Of a stretch of 64,000 nt of DNA, positions 26,900 to 40,408 are shown one piece after another. The stretch lies in NCBI RefSeq assembly GCF_009914755.1, contig NC_060930.1; one strand, 5' to 3'. The position numbers and the translations under genes are program-made. The notes under the pieces are model-generated. The model was not told where the DNA came from. It did no database searches and was given only the letters and a program-made list of their open reading frames with translations. Position 1 is the stretch's first letter; the number at the start of each line of letters is the position of its first letter. This DNA is from the human T2T-CHM13v2.0 reference genome, Homo sapiens.

Positions 26900-28250
26900 G
26901 CTCTATCACCCTTAACTCTTGGTTGTCCGTAGAGTTCCTGCCTGGTTCTCTTCTTACTTCTACTTCATGAGTCTCCCTCAGTGAACTCATTCACCCCTAT
27001 GGTATTTTTTTCCATCCATATGCAAATAATCCCCAAATCTGTATCTCCAGCTGAGAATTCTCTGAGCACAGGTCCATCTATCCAGCTATCTCTTGGATCT
27101 CTTTTTAGGATATCCCACAAGTATCTCAAATTTAATTTGTTCAAAGATCAAACCTGTTCTCTCATCTGTTTCTCACTTATTTTGTCAATACAGAAACCCT
27201 AAAGTTAACCTTGACTGTGATTTTCCACCTTCTCCATACATCCAAATCCAATTGATTCTGTTTTAATACCAGTGTGTCTAAACCAGTAGATCTCAAATGG
27301 GGGTAATTTTGCCATGCAGGAGACATTTTTGGTGATCACAACTGGAGGAGGGTCTGCTCTTGGCATCTAGTGGATGGAGGCTGAAGATGCTACTAAACAT
27401 CCTACAGTGCCCCTACAGTGCACAGGACAGCCCTTCACCACTAAGAAATATGTGGCCCGAAATGTGCAGAAACCCTGTTCTAAACAGTTTCCTCTCCTCC
27501 CTTCCTTCCTTGTACTACATTAGATTGCCCTCTCATCATTCTAAGCAAAGTGGTCTCAACTAACTAGCCTAGTCTCCATTTGCCCACCCTGAACCCCATC
27601 CCATATCCTTCTTCAAAATCTAATCCAAATACTTTTCCCTTGGGTGTGTGTCTTGAACATGGCTCTCCATTACCTATATGAGGAAGTCCAACCACCTATT
27701 ATTTTGTGCATGAGGCCCTCCATGACCTGGTTCTGTCTACCTCTCCAGTTCCATCTATTGCCATTCAGCTCCCTACTCTATAATCCAATCCAGTGATTTA
27801 GCCATTCTGCACAAACTTTCCCTGCACATTCAACTACACGCTCCCTCTTTCCTCATATTACCCTCTCTGCCTGGAATGCCCTTCCATTCCCCACAATGCT
27901 AACTACTGTTTCTCCTCTAAGGCTCAGGTTAGGTACATTCCTTCAGCCTTCTCTGTTGACCCCAGTATAGATTCATTGTCCCTTTCAGTTCATCTAACAT
28001 ATGCCATGGATGTTATACTTAATAGCTATATGACAGTACTTATACTTACAATCATCCATTTACTTATGTTTCCCTTATGTTTTATAGTACCCATTTACTT
28101 ATGTTTCCCTTCATTACACTATAAAGTCCTTGAGGACAGAAACTATATCACTTTCATATTTGAATCCCTAATAATTAGCATTGTCTCTAGTTCTTAGCAT
28201 CGTGCATGACATTCTTGGGCATTCAGTAAACATGGGTAGAGTGCATGAAT
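26900..28250 (+). mobile_element. Degenerate L2 LINE, interrupted by MER20
   Basis: caaatctgtatctccagc, gcctggaatgcccttcc, ccttgaggacagaaactat and the gcatgaat terminus are L2 3'-region motifs; boundaries approximate. Confidence 0.7.
27284..27477. mobile_element. MER20 hAT-Charlie MITE
   Basis: ggagacatttttggt...tggcatctagtgg...aaacatcctaca...gcacaggacagccc; 8-bp TSD gtctaaac/ttctaaac. Confidence 0.85.
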
Positions 28251-29049
28251 GGTTACTTGCTTATTAGGAATCTCAAATTCATTGTTTTTAAGACCTACAA
28301 ACAAGAGGTGGAATGGATTCTGGGCCCCAGATTGGAGGCATCACTTACAATCAAAACTTGGGCAAGCTCTTTAATTTTCAATGCTTCATTTGCTTCATAT
28401 GATGAGGGGATAATGATTACATCTACTTCAAGATGATTCTATTAGCTGCTATTACATCTACAACTGTCAGAATTCTGTCTATCACATGGAAACACTTGTG
28501 TTGTTTGATAATCAACCCTTCCAACAAATGTTATACTACTACATGGATTCTCCCTATTTCAGGGGCATTCATTCTGAATATCCCTTACCTGGAGTAATCC
28601 TCTTATATCCACTATAATGTGGTAGACTGTGGGAGCTAGGGGAACCCACCAAACAAAGTTTTAGCAAAAAGCACACATGTCAATGGATCTATGACTGCCA
28701 CACCTTTGACACCTTTGTAGCCAGGCAGGGTAGATGGAGAATTGCCAACTATGAAACTGGAGGATTTCCTATGTATGGGATATACTGTGGTATGAAAAGT
28801 TGCTCACAGGGTGTCACAGAGTACTGCTTGTTCTTAAAAAGGAAGAACCGAGGCAACTTGAGCTTTGGAATATAGAAATGTCAGTGGGTTTACATATGAC
28901 TCCCAGTGAAAGTGATACCTGTGGGGTACCTAGTCTCCAAGCACTTAAAAAAGTACTTTTAGGTAGATCAAATCAGGTGCCACCATGGCACTTCTGGAAG
29001 TGCATAAGAATAGTAATCATCTGCATTTTCCCTAAAAATGACTCTGAGA

Positions 29050-29337
29050 GGCCTGGCATGGTGGCTCACACCTGTTACCATCACTTCAGGAGGTCAAGGT
29101 GGGAAGATCATGTGAGGCCAAGAGCCTGAGACTAGCCCGGGCAACACAGTAAGACTGTCTCTACAAAAAATAAACTAGCCAGGTATGGTGGCACTCACCT
29201 ATAGACCCAGCTACTCAGGAGGCTGAGGCAGGAGGATCACTTGAACCTACGAGTTTGAGGCTGCAGTGAGCTATATCTAGCCACTGTGCTCCAGGCTAGG
29301 TGACAGAGTGAGACCCTGTCTCTAGGGGGGAAAAAAT
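29050..29337 (+). mobile_element. Alu (AluJ-like)
   Basis: ggcctggcatggtggctcacacctgt...gtgagaccctgtctct. Confidence 0.9.
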
Positions 29338-29504
29338 AGACTAAATTCCCTGAGCTGGCTCACAGGTTCTCTGATCAAATCAGGCACGGTGACTTCTTGG
29401 CCTGTGCACTTCTTTCTTCATCATGGTTTTCTCACCAAGGGCTTTAGGACCAGCTCCCATGACTGAGCAGCCCAAACTGCAGGCCGCAACTAAACCAACT
29501 CATT

Positions 29505-29680
29505 TCTATTATGTGGCAAGTTAATTAATCCTCCTGCTTCAGTTTCTCTATCTGTAAAATTGGGATAATAGCATTACCTACATCACAGAATTTGTATGAG
29601 ATGAAATGAGATAGCCAGTGTCAAATGCTTTGTGAACAGTCTGACACATGGTAAGCTCTAAATAATTGTTAGCTATTATT
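29505..29680 (+). mobile_element. MIR SINE fragment
   Basis: ggcaagttaattaa...cttcagtttctctatctgtaaaattgggataatag core and ttagctattatt end. Confidence 0.75.
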
Positions 29681-29922
29681 ATACAAAAGTTCTACTAAAT
29701 TTTGTTTGAAATAGGGTTATCCAAATAAAGTTTGGAAACTATAATAAACTTTTGTGCATCAAAGGGTAAGAATTCTATGGAATACAAATTCTAAAACCCT
29801 TAGCCCTTCAGATAAAAAAATAAACTACAGACTCTCAGAATTATAAAGAATTTCTACTACCAGGATTTCTCCTAACTGTGTTTTGCTTGGCATCATGGAA
29901 TAATCTATGCAAAGTAGAGCCA

Positions 29923-30500
29923 GGATTCCTCAAGGATCTAGAACTAGAAATACCATTTGACCCAGCAATCCCATTACTGGGTATATACCTAAAGGATTAT
30001 AAATCATGCTACTTTAAAGACACATGCACACATATATTTATTGCAGCACTATTCACAATAGCAAAGACTTGGAACCAACCCAAATGCCCATCAATGATAG
30101 TCTGGATTAAGATAATGTGGCACATATACACCATGGAATACTATGCAGCCATAAAAAAGGATGAGTTCATGTCCTTTGCAGGGACATGGATGAAGCTGGA
30201 AACCATCATTCTCAGCAAAATATTACAAGGACAGAAAATGAAACACCGCATGTTCTCACTCATAGGTGGAAATTGAACGATGAGAACACTTGGACACAGG
30301 GAAGGGAACATCAGACACTGGGGCCTTTTGGGGGGTGGGGGGCTGGGGGAGGGATAACATTAGGAGAAATACCTAATGTAAATGACGAGTTGATGGGTGC
30401 AGCAAACCAGCATGACACAGGTATACCTGTGTATCAAACCTACACGTTTTGCACATGTACCCTAGAACTTAAAGTATAATAAATATTAAAAAAAAAAAAG
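29923..30500 (+). mobile_element. 5'-truncated L1PA (about L1PA5-6) 3' end with poly-A
   Basis: [21 protein letters not shown]...FSLIGGN ORF2 C-terminus, G-rich 3' UTR and poly-A tail. Confidence 0.92.
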
Positions 30501-32319
30501 AGTTTCCGGGACAAGTCCTCACCCTACAGTTGTTCACATTCAAAGCTTTTTAGAGAGGCTAAATGTAATGCAGGGTGTGTCTCAAAAGAAAACACACAAG
30601 GGAATGGACTACCCTCAATTTCCTTCTCTAAATTTCCTTCTCTAAACTGAGGACTTGTTTTTGAAGACTGAAAAAAAAAATTTCCTCTTGCAATCTCAAA
30701 TTGTAATATAATAATTTCAAAAGTTGCTCAGAAGCTGTTGGTTTTCAATAGTAAAATGAAAAGTTAAAATTATAAAATTGTAAGCATCAAAAATCAATCA
30801 GCATCTTTCTTATTTGAACCTTGATATGAAATTATATAGGTATTCATTTTACTTGTCCCTTCCTTCTTTTGCTTTAAATGCAAAAATGACAGAAAATTCT
30901 TACTCAGCTAAAGATTATTTTTATATTCCTGCTTCTCTTGTGATGCTTCTTGCACCCATATTAGGAAACAAAGTCTTGAAGTTCTTTGTAATGTTATATG
31001 TTACTTCAATTAAGTATGTACAAATGTCATTTTTTAATTTTTAAACTACAAAACAAGATAAATTTTTTGAATTGCTAGTCACTTAGACTTATTTTTACAA
31101 TTTGCCTCTTTATTCAGTCATATTGTCTATCATTTCCTTTCTTTTATATTTGGTAAAAATTTTCATAGACAAAAATTTTCCCATTATGATCTAATGATTT
31201 TTAAATTTTCCACATTCCTAGAATTCTGATTAAACAATCTCAAGGCATTCTTCAATTCGAAGCTCAAATCAAGCATAATTCAGGTTCATGAACATATGGA
31301 GATAATGATGGCTTAGAAAATTCGCCATGACCAAACTGCTGCTTTTGCTGCCTTGAAGTTCTGTGGCTATTTGCTTTGTAAATTTCTCCCCACTGTGGTT
31401 TCAGATACCTTGGGGAAAATAGACTCCTAGGCATACGAGGAGGACAGGATGGTAGTGGGAATGTAGAAGGATAAAGTTTCTACTCTACTGCTCTGGTTCT
31501 ACACCCTTCAATTATATTACAGGGGGTCAACACTGAGGTGGCACTTCTAACTCTCAGAACTTTGTTAAGAACATCTCTACCTCCTAATGGTCTTTTTGTT
31601 GATTCCTTTGTTTGTTTTACTAATAATGTATTTTAACTATTATAGCTTTTATACCATTTAAATTGTTTTTCTGATAATTTTACCCCAATTTACATCTGTC
31701 CTACTATGTAAGTGTCATGCTTTGATGTGCTTCCTTTTTTCATATACTTTTTAATTGAAGATAAAATATATACAGAAAAGTGCAGGAAACATTAATGTAC
31801 AAACTTTTACAAATTGAACTCACCCAATAACAATGCAGATTAAGAAACTGAATCTCAACAGCACTCCCCAAGGCCCCCCTCATACCAGCTTCTAGTCACT
31901 AGCCCCTTTCTCTTCAAAGGTAATCACCTATTCTAACTTTTAGCACCACAGGTGCCCTGCTCTGTCCAGGTCTGAGAGTTACCAAAGGCTAAAGTCACCT
32001 TCAGGAGTATGGCCATCCTTGGTGAATTGACACCTATGGCTGTGCTCCATTGCAGCTGTTCCCATGCCAAATCTGGGCTCTGCACAGGCTGGAGTGCTGT
32101 CTGTTTCAACTCTCTGGGTAGTTCTCTCTGCCAGCTCAGATGTCCATCGGGGTGTGGGGTGTCCTGCAGCTTAGGATTCTGGAGGTTGATGGTGAGAGTG
32201 GGCCACTCCATGTCTACTTCACTCACTCCTTCCCTAGGGGCTGCTCAGGGCCAAGAACAAGTCCTGAGGCTCAGCAACCCCATGCAGGGTTCCCAACTTC
32301 CTTCCCTTTCTCTTTAAAA

Positions 32320-32488
<169 letters not shown>

Positions 32489-33579
32489 AATCCTCCCTCC
32501 CCTTTCACTCTGCGGTCTGTGTCCTCTTTCTGTTCACTCTCAATGCCCTCTTTCCAAAGAGTGTGCCAGTTTACTTGATGGTCTTGTTGGGAGACCAAAA
32601 TGGGCTCTCTTGGTGGGAGAAGCTTTTCTTGGCTGTGTCTAGTCAGCTGTCTTGGCTCTTACCCCTTTCTTGTCTTCTTAAAGTCTACTTTGTCAGATAT
32701 TTATACAGCTACATGTTTGTTTTGTATTGTATTTTAACTATTATATTAATATGTATTTTAATTATTTTATTATACATATTTTAATTATTATAGCTTTTAT
32801 ACCATTTTGGTTGTTTCTGTGGGATATATTTTTCTGCAATTTTATTTTTAAACGTTCTATATCATTATACTTAAAGTCATCTCCTCTAAGCAGCATATAG
32901 TTTAGGCTTTGCTTTTGTATACAATCTGGTAATCTTTGTCTTTATTTGCACATTGGTTCCGTTTACATCTAATGTAATCACTGATATATTTGGTTTTAAA
33001 TCTACCACTTACGTTTTGTTTTCTATTTGTTTCATCTGTTCTATGGTGTTCCTTTTCTCTCCTTTCTGGATTTCTTTAAAAAATTTTGTTTTGCTCTTAC
33101 ATTTACTTGTTAATTATATAGTATTTTACTATTCTTTTACTGTTTAACCTAGAATATATAACAGGAATCCTTAACTTATTAAAATCTAATATAAATTAGT
33201 ACTTATGTTTACTATTTCAAGATAATGCAAGCACCTTTATTTCCATTTATCTTTCTCCTGCCTTATATGTTAACATTTAATTATATATTTTAAACCCTTA
33301 ATTCTCTCTGTATTTTAAGCAATACATTATTATTGTTTTATACAGTTATTGTTTATTTAGCTCTATCTACATATTTATTTACCATTTTCATTACTCTTTA
33401 TTCTTTCCTGAATTTTCATCTGGAATTATTTTCCTTCTAACTGAATAACTCCTTTTAGTATTTTCTTTAGTATGGGTAAGCTGATGACAAATTCTCTTAG
33501 TTCTTGTTTGGTAATTTCTTTATTTAACATTCCCTTTTGAAGGATATTTTTACAATGTATAAAATTCTAGGTTTGAATC

Positions 33580-34365
33580 CAAGTATACATTAATAGATAA
33601 ATAGTTTAAAAATTTTATTTATGTATATACAATAGAATATCATTCAACCTTTAAACAGAAGAAAATTGACACACGTTGCAACACAGATGAATTTTGAGGA
33701 CATTGTGCTAAGTGAAATATACCAGTCACAAAAAGACAAATAGTACATGATTACACTTATATGAGATATCTAAGGCAGTGAAATACATAGAAACAGAAAG
33801 TACAATGGTGATTGCCAGGTCACTGGGGGGAGGAGAAAGAAGAAAAGGGGTTGTTTAATTATATGTACCGAATGTTATGTTCACCCCAAATCCATGTTAA
33901 CACCCTAATTCCCATTGTGCTGGTAGTTGGAAGTGGGACCTTTGGGAGGTAGTTAGGTCACAAAGGTAGAGCTCTCATGAGTAGTACCAGTGTGCCCTTT
34001 ATAAGAGGAGACATAAGAAAGATGATCTCTCTCTCTCACCACCATGTGAGGATGCAGCAAGAAGGCAGCTATTTGCAAACCAAGAGGACTCACACCAGAC
34101 ACCAAATCTGCTGGCACTCTAATCTTGGTCTTCTTAACCTCCAGAACTGTGAGAAATACATGTTTGTAGTTTAAGCCACCCAGTCTATGATATCTTGCTA
34201 TTGCAGCCTGAATTAAAACAAATAGGGGTAGAGTTTCTGTTTTGCAACACAAACAAGTTCTAGAGATTGGTTGCACAATAATGTAAATATATTTAATACT
34301 GCCTAACTTTACTCCTAAAGTGGTTAAAATGGTAAATTTTATGTTATGTGTATCTTCTCACAACT
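33580..34365 (+). mobile_element. L1MB-like 3' end, split by an MLT1A LTR
   Basis: gaggacattgtgctaagtgaaat...cacaaaaagacaaata...; resumes with gttctagagattggttgcacaa...atggtaaattttatgttatgtg. Confidence 0.75.
33859..34220 (+). mobile_element. MLT1A-type MaLR LTR
   Basis: cctttgggaggtagttaggtca...ccatgtgaggatgcagcaagaagg...cctccagaactgtgagaaata. Confidence 0.85.
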
Positions 34366-34731
34366 TTTTTTAAAGTCTAGGTTTGCAGTTGTTTTCTGTA
34401 CCACTTTAAACATTATTTTTTTTTGTCTTTTGGTTTCCATTGTTTCTGTTGAGAAGTTAGCTGTCAGTCCTAAAATTGCTCCTTTGTAGGTAATACATCT
34501 TTTGTTTCACACTGCTTTTATGTTGTTCTCTTTGTCTTTAGTTTTCAAGTTTATTATATATATAGGGTATTTTTTTCTAGTTCTGTAGGTGATGTGTGAT
34601 ACTTCTGAAATCTGAAATTTGATGTCTTCAGTTTTAGAAGATTTCCTGCCATTGTCTCTTCAAATATTGCTTCTTCTCTTTCATTTCTAGAGACTACCTT
34701 TTTACTTTCTGTTTTTTAGTTCATATATTTT

Positions 34732-35179
34732 TATTGAGGGATAATTCTCCATGACATTTCTATATATTTTGTAGATATTTTCAAGGATGTTTGTATAGCA
34801 AACCAAGATAGAAGTAGTGTTTCCTTGTAGGGTGGAGGGTACTTTGTTTCATCAGCATCATAAAGATAATGTCCTCCTCTGAGACAAAGATTGGTCAGGT
34901 TTGCTAGAAGTCCTGCGTAAGATTGGGGATTTCCTAAGCATGAGATTCCTCAGCAGTGACACAGATCTATTGTGTCCACAGACTCTACTTAGACTCACCT
35001 CTGTATCACTCCCATGGGACTGGGGATGGGGAGTGGGTTACAGGGGAACTAAAGCGTTGAGTAGTATCTTTGTCTCTGAAACAGCAGTCTGATGCTTTCT
35101 TTCAGCATCTGTGAAATTGTGACAGCCTAACTTAGCTTGCAAGTAGGCTAAAATCTCAGAACGCTCAGAGTTCATGACA
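34732..35179 (+). mobile_element. LTR40-type ERVL solo LTR
   Basis: gataattctccatg...ttttcaaggatgtttgtatagc...ttagcttgcaagtaggctaaaatctcaga...tgaca matches the recalled LTR40 consensus. Confidence 0.75.
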
Positions 35180-36309
35180 ATTTTCTACTGAGCTATATTT
35201 TAGTTCACTAATGCTCTCTTTATTGTTGTGTCTAATCCACTGTTAAATATATTGAGATTTTAAATTCTCTTACTGTATTTTTTTAGTTCTAGAATATCCA
35301 TTTGATTCTTTTTTGTAGCTTCTAGTTCTCTGTTAGGATTCTGAATCTAATTCTTGATTTTTTAAAAAACGTAACTTTCACAGGTATTTTTAAGCCCCAG
35401 TTTGTTAACTCCAGTGTCTGGATTGCCTATGAATTTATTTATGTTGTTTGATTTTTTTTGATGGGCTTATCTCTACATTTGCCTTATAATTTTTGATCGA
35501 ATGTTGGAATAGTGTTTGAAAAATTATAGAAATAATTTGAGGATGTGAATGATATTATCTTCTTTCAGAAATAATTTACTTCTGTTTCTGTAGGGCAGTT
35601 AGGCAGTAGCATATCACTCCAATCCAATCAGGAGTTGGAGTGACTTGAGGCATGGTTTTAGTCTTTATGAGAGCTGGTCTATTTTTCACTTTGCACATCT
35701 TCCTGATTGTAGTTTTTCAGGAGTCCCAGCCAGAAGCCTTGGGTTTTTATCAAGGCTAGTATTCCTTGGAAATCCCAGGACTCCAATTTTTATCTTCCCC
35801 AACTCCATGAATCTGCTGTAAGGTGTGCTCACTTTTCAGCCTTCCAGGCTGCAGTTTAGTCTAGAAGCAGACTACTGCAATCCAAATAGGGATGGATGTT
35901 ATTTAAGACTAGGTTTCAGCCTTTGTGATGACAAAGACTATATATAGCTTTTGAGGGGTCCAAAATGAAAGCTCAGGGTATTAAGGAGGACTCATCTTGC
36001 TAGGCCTTGAAAGATTGACAAAATTCTTCCAGTTTATGTAAGACTTTCCCAATTGTAGTATAAAAGCCCCAAATCCTGAGAAACCCCTCAGTCCCATGAA
36101 AACTGGACAGTCATCCTAGTTTTGAACTCCAATTTTTTAAATCTCAATCTTTATTTCAGAAGGCTAAAAACTCCAATTATCTTTTCAGTTTTTTGACTGG
36201 TCATTGTGAATCAGCAAATATCTAATGGGTTGAAAGGATGCCATGTCCCCATATAAACCAAGCTCATTTCCATTGTTCGGCCTTTAAACTTGCTTTTCCT
36301 TTGTCTGAC

Positions 36310-36652
36310 ATGGTCTTCCACTAAATTTTCTTGCAACTGTCATTATTCATGGCTCAGCTCAAGCATCATCTCTTAAGAACAACTTATGTAAAGCAGCCCC
36401 ATTCTCAGTGTACTTTCTATCCCAATGCTCCATTATATGTTCTTCATAACTCATCACTATCTCGAATTACTCACTTGTTAGATTACATTTTTATTACCTG
36501 TCTTACCCTCATCTAAGTATATATTCTGGGAAATAAACTCCATAAGAGCAAGTACCTTGTTTATCTAGTTTATTTCCATATACACAGCATCTAGAACAGT
36601 CCTAGAACTTAATAGGGGCTCAATAAATACTTACTGAATAAATAAATAAATG
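36310..36652 (+). mobile_element. L2 3' end
   Basis: aactccataagagcaag...cagcatctagaacagt...ctcaataaatacttactgaataaataa. Confidence 0.7.
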
Positions 36653-36820
36653 TCTTCTGCTGATTCGTATTTTCCAAAATTTCTCAAAACCTTAAGGCTG
36701 CCGAAATGCAAGTTGCACCACAGTTAATAATTCCTTACCTATTTGAGTCCTCTCTCAAGTAGATTGAAATTGAGTTGTTTTATAGGGCTCGTTTTCCCAA
36801 TTGTTTTTGCAGTTAACCAA

Positions 36821-37185
36821 TGCTATGGTTGAATGTCCCTTCCAAAACTCATGTTGAAATTTCATTGCCATATGATAGTATAAAAGGTAAAACCTTTAAG
36901 AGGGGATTAAAGGTAATCCATTATCACCCCTGTGATTAATGCTATTATTACAGGCATGGATTAGTTATCATAGGAAGTGAGTTCCTGATAAAAAGGAGTT
37001 CTGCCCAATTTCTCTCTTGTGCAAGTGCTTCTCATTATGTGATGCCTTCTGCCATGTTATGATGCAGAAAGAAGACCCTCACCAGATGCAGCCCCTCAGT
37101 CTTGGACTTCCCAGCCTCCAGACCTTTTCTGTATAAGTTACCCAGTGTGTGGTACTCTGTTATAGAGAGAAAATGTGCTAAGACA
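36821..37185 (+). mobile_element. MST-family MaLR solo LTR
   Basis: tgctatggttgaatgtccc...cttggacttcccagcctccaga...ctaagaca; perfect 5-bp TSD accaa. Confidence 0.85.
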
Positions 37186-38124
37186 ACCAAAGATCACACT
37201 GCAAGACCTAGAAGTTTAACTTAGAATAATTTAAATTCTCTGAGAAATGCACAGCTTAACAGCCCATGAACATCTTCATATGTCCTTCAGAAAGTCATGC
37301 AGGAGTGGCTTTATATTAATGATCAATCTGTCAAAGCAAAATGCAAATGATGATGAGTCACTTTGTCAAGTGGGTGTACTAGTGCTGTGGATTATTGATG
37401 AGCTCAAAGGAAGAGGTCGTGCACTAGGGAACTCACACTGTGACAAAGATTCTCATTAGTGTTATTACTCTAAGACCTCTTATCAGCCAATAAGGCTCAA
37501 AAGGAAAAATAAAGAAAACCAGAACTGGGGGCTGACATTGGGAAAATAATTATGCTGCTATTGTGATATTGCTTATGAAGTACACCCTCAAAAATAAATG
37601 ACAAAATGCCTAAAATACAATTTCCTTGGGATACATTACTCAGTAAGATGAAGAGTATCTTATCCATGGAACAGTGGTATGAGGATCTGATGATGAGCAA
37701 AACATTTTTATTGCATACTTACAGAAGCCAGGTTAAGAAAGTAAGATGTATAAATATAATTAAACATCATACTCCTAGCTACCACTTGTTGAGAGAACCA
37801 GCATCCTTGGCACCATCTTCAACACCATTCTTCCTCTCCTGCAAACCTTGTTGCTTCTAAAATCAAACATATCCACAACATGACCATATCCCACCACCTC
37901 ACTGTTGTATCCTGTTCAAAAGTGTTATCACTTCTTGCCCAAATTATTGTAGTAACCTTTAACTGATATAATCCATTTCTAAATTGCTTGAACACCTAAT
38001 GATGGCTCAGCAAAAACTAACATTTTAAAATGTATTCATGAATAGTAAGGTACACCAAACAGAAACAGCTGTTTTTCTAAGCCTTTGCAAAGAAGGGGGA
38101 AAGCTATTGGGTGTGGAGGTGGGA

Positions 38125-38341
38125 CAGAGGAAAACTATAGCCAGTGGGCCAAATCTCACCTGTTTCCTATCTTTGTAAATAAAATTGTATTGGAGCACAA
38201 CCATACCTATTTATTTATGTGTTGCCTATGGCTGTTTGTACTACAATGGCAGGGTTGAGTAGTCCAAACAGAGATGTATGACCATCAAAGCTTATTGTAT
38301 TTACTATTTGACCTTTAAAGAAAAAAACTTGTCAGTTCCTG
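38125..38341. mobile_element. MER58-like hAT MITE
   Basis: gggccaaatc...tttgtaaataaaattgtattgg...gttgagtagt...tatttactatttgacc. Confidence 0.75.
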
Positions 38342-39432
38342 AACTTAGGATGTAGCTCATGTTCTTGTAGAACCATTAGAATAGATCATACTATGTTTAT
38401 TTTCCTTAAGTGTAGCTAGGAAGTATCTATATACATTATTCTTAAACTTCCAGAATATTTCTGTAAAGAAATTTTGTCAAAAGTCAAACCTAAACAAAGC
38501 TTCCTTCCTAACACAACCTTAGTGTTTCCAAGAAGTATATAGCTCAGTTCCAGTCATCTAAAAACTAATGTTCTGTCCATCGAAGTAATTAAAGTCTTCA
38601 GTCCACCACCATTTAAAATTAGTGCTCTGGCCAAACCGCCACAAATGCTCTATGTGACTCCATTTTCTGTTGTGTTTCCTTGTCAGATTTGATTCTTTAT
38701 TTCACTGAAATGGACCAATTTTTAGAAGAACATTATTCCATTCTGAAAACTTCCTGTAAGGCATGCGTTCATTACATGGCATGAGGTGCTTGAATTAATG
38801 CACTACCTATATTCTCAAGGCTTTGAATAACATATGTCAAGTATATATTCTTATAGATTTGAACTTAAAGCATTCCTTCTGCTCACTTGACATTTCCCTG
38901 CATCTTCTATCTGTCCAAAACTAAACTCTCAATCTAACACTTACCCTGCCCAGACCTGCTTACTTCAGCCATCTCCATCTACTTACAGCAGCTCCATCCT
39001 TCTCGTCACCTAGGCTAAACAACTTGAGTTCATCCTTAGTTTGGATATACAATGTGTGGGAGAGAAGTCTAACAGACAGTCTGTGATGGTTAAAACTGAG
39101 TGTCAACTTGACTGGATTGAAGGATGTATAGGTGTGTCTGTGACGGTGTTGCCAAAGGAGATTAACATTTGAGTCAGTGGGCTGGGGAAGGCAGACCCAC
39201 CCTTAATCTGGTAGGCACAATCTAATCAGATGCCAGCAAAAATAAAGCAGGCAGAAAAATGTGAAAAGGCGAGACTGACTTAGCCTCCCAGCCTACATCT
39301 TTCTCCTGTGCTGGATGCTTCCTGCCCTGAAACATCAGACTCCAAGTTCTTCAGTTTTGAGACTTGGACTAGCTCTCCTTGCCCCTCAAGCTTGCAGACA
39401 GCCTATTGTGGGACCTTGTGATTTATGAACTC

Positions 39433-40408
39433 ATATATACATATATATACACAGACATATATACACACATATATACACATATATGTATATATACACATAT
39501 ATACATATGTATATATGTATGCACATATATGTATATATACACATATATTTATATATGTATACACATATATGTATATATACACATATATTTATATATGTAT
39601 ACACATGTATGTATATATACACATTTATATATGTATACACATGTATGTATATATACACATTTATATATACATAGATACATGTGTGTGTATACATGTATAC
39701 ACAAATATACATGTGTGTATATGTGTATACATGTATACACAAATATACATGTGTGTATATGTGTATACACATACATATGTGTAAACATGTACACATATAT
39801 ACACACATACATGTATATACACATACATATATACACACATACATGTAGATGCACATACATATATATGCATACATGTATATACACATACATATATGCATAC
39901 ATATATATACATACACACATACATGTATATGCATACATATATACACGTATGCATATGAACACGTACACATATGCATGTATATATACATGTATACATGCAT
40001 GTGCATATACATGTACACATGCATGCACACATGTATACATGCATGTGCGTATACATGCATACATGTGTGTACATGTATGTGTACATAAAAATATACACAT
40101 GCATACATGTAACTGTATATGCATGCATGCATACGTATACACACATGTATGAACGTATGTGTGTACACATGTATACATGCGTACACATGTATACATGCGT
40201 GCACATGTATACATGTATGGACATGTATACATGTATGCGTATATACATGTATACATGTGTGTATATGCACATATACATGAATACATGTATATATACATGT
40301 ATATATGTGTGTATATACACACATATATGCATGTATACATGTGTATTATACATACATATATACTGTATACGTGTATATACACATGTATACACGTATACAT
40401 ACATATAT
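39433..40408. repeat. ~975-bp alternating purine-pyrimidine (TA/CA/TG) simple repeat
   Basis: Read directly; begins where the MLT2A LTR normally carries its short TA tract. Confidence 0.97.

Larger units (their letters stand above)
32670..35560 (-). mobile_element. Ancient antisense L1M fragments hosting several nested elements
   Basis: T-rich antisense L1 motifs (aagcagcatatag, gagaagttagctgtcagt, gtctcttcaaatattgcttc); boundaries approximate. Confidence 0.55.

Noticed and set aside
30617-30646. 14-bp tandem duplication aatttccttctcta
   Set aside because: Ordinary slippage duplication with no functional context.
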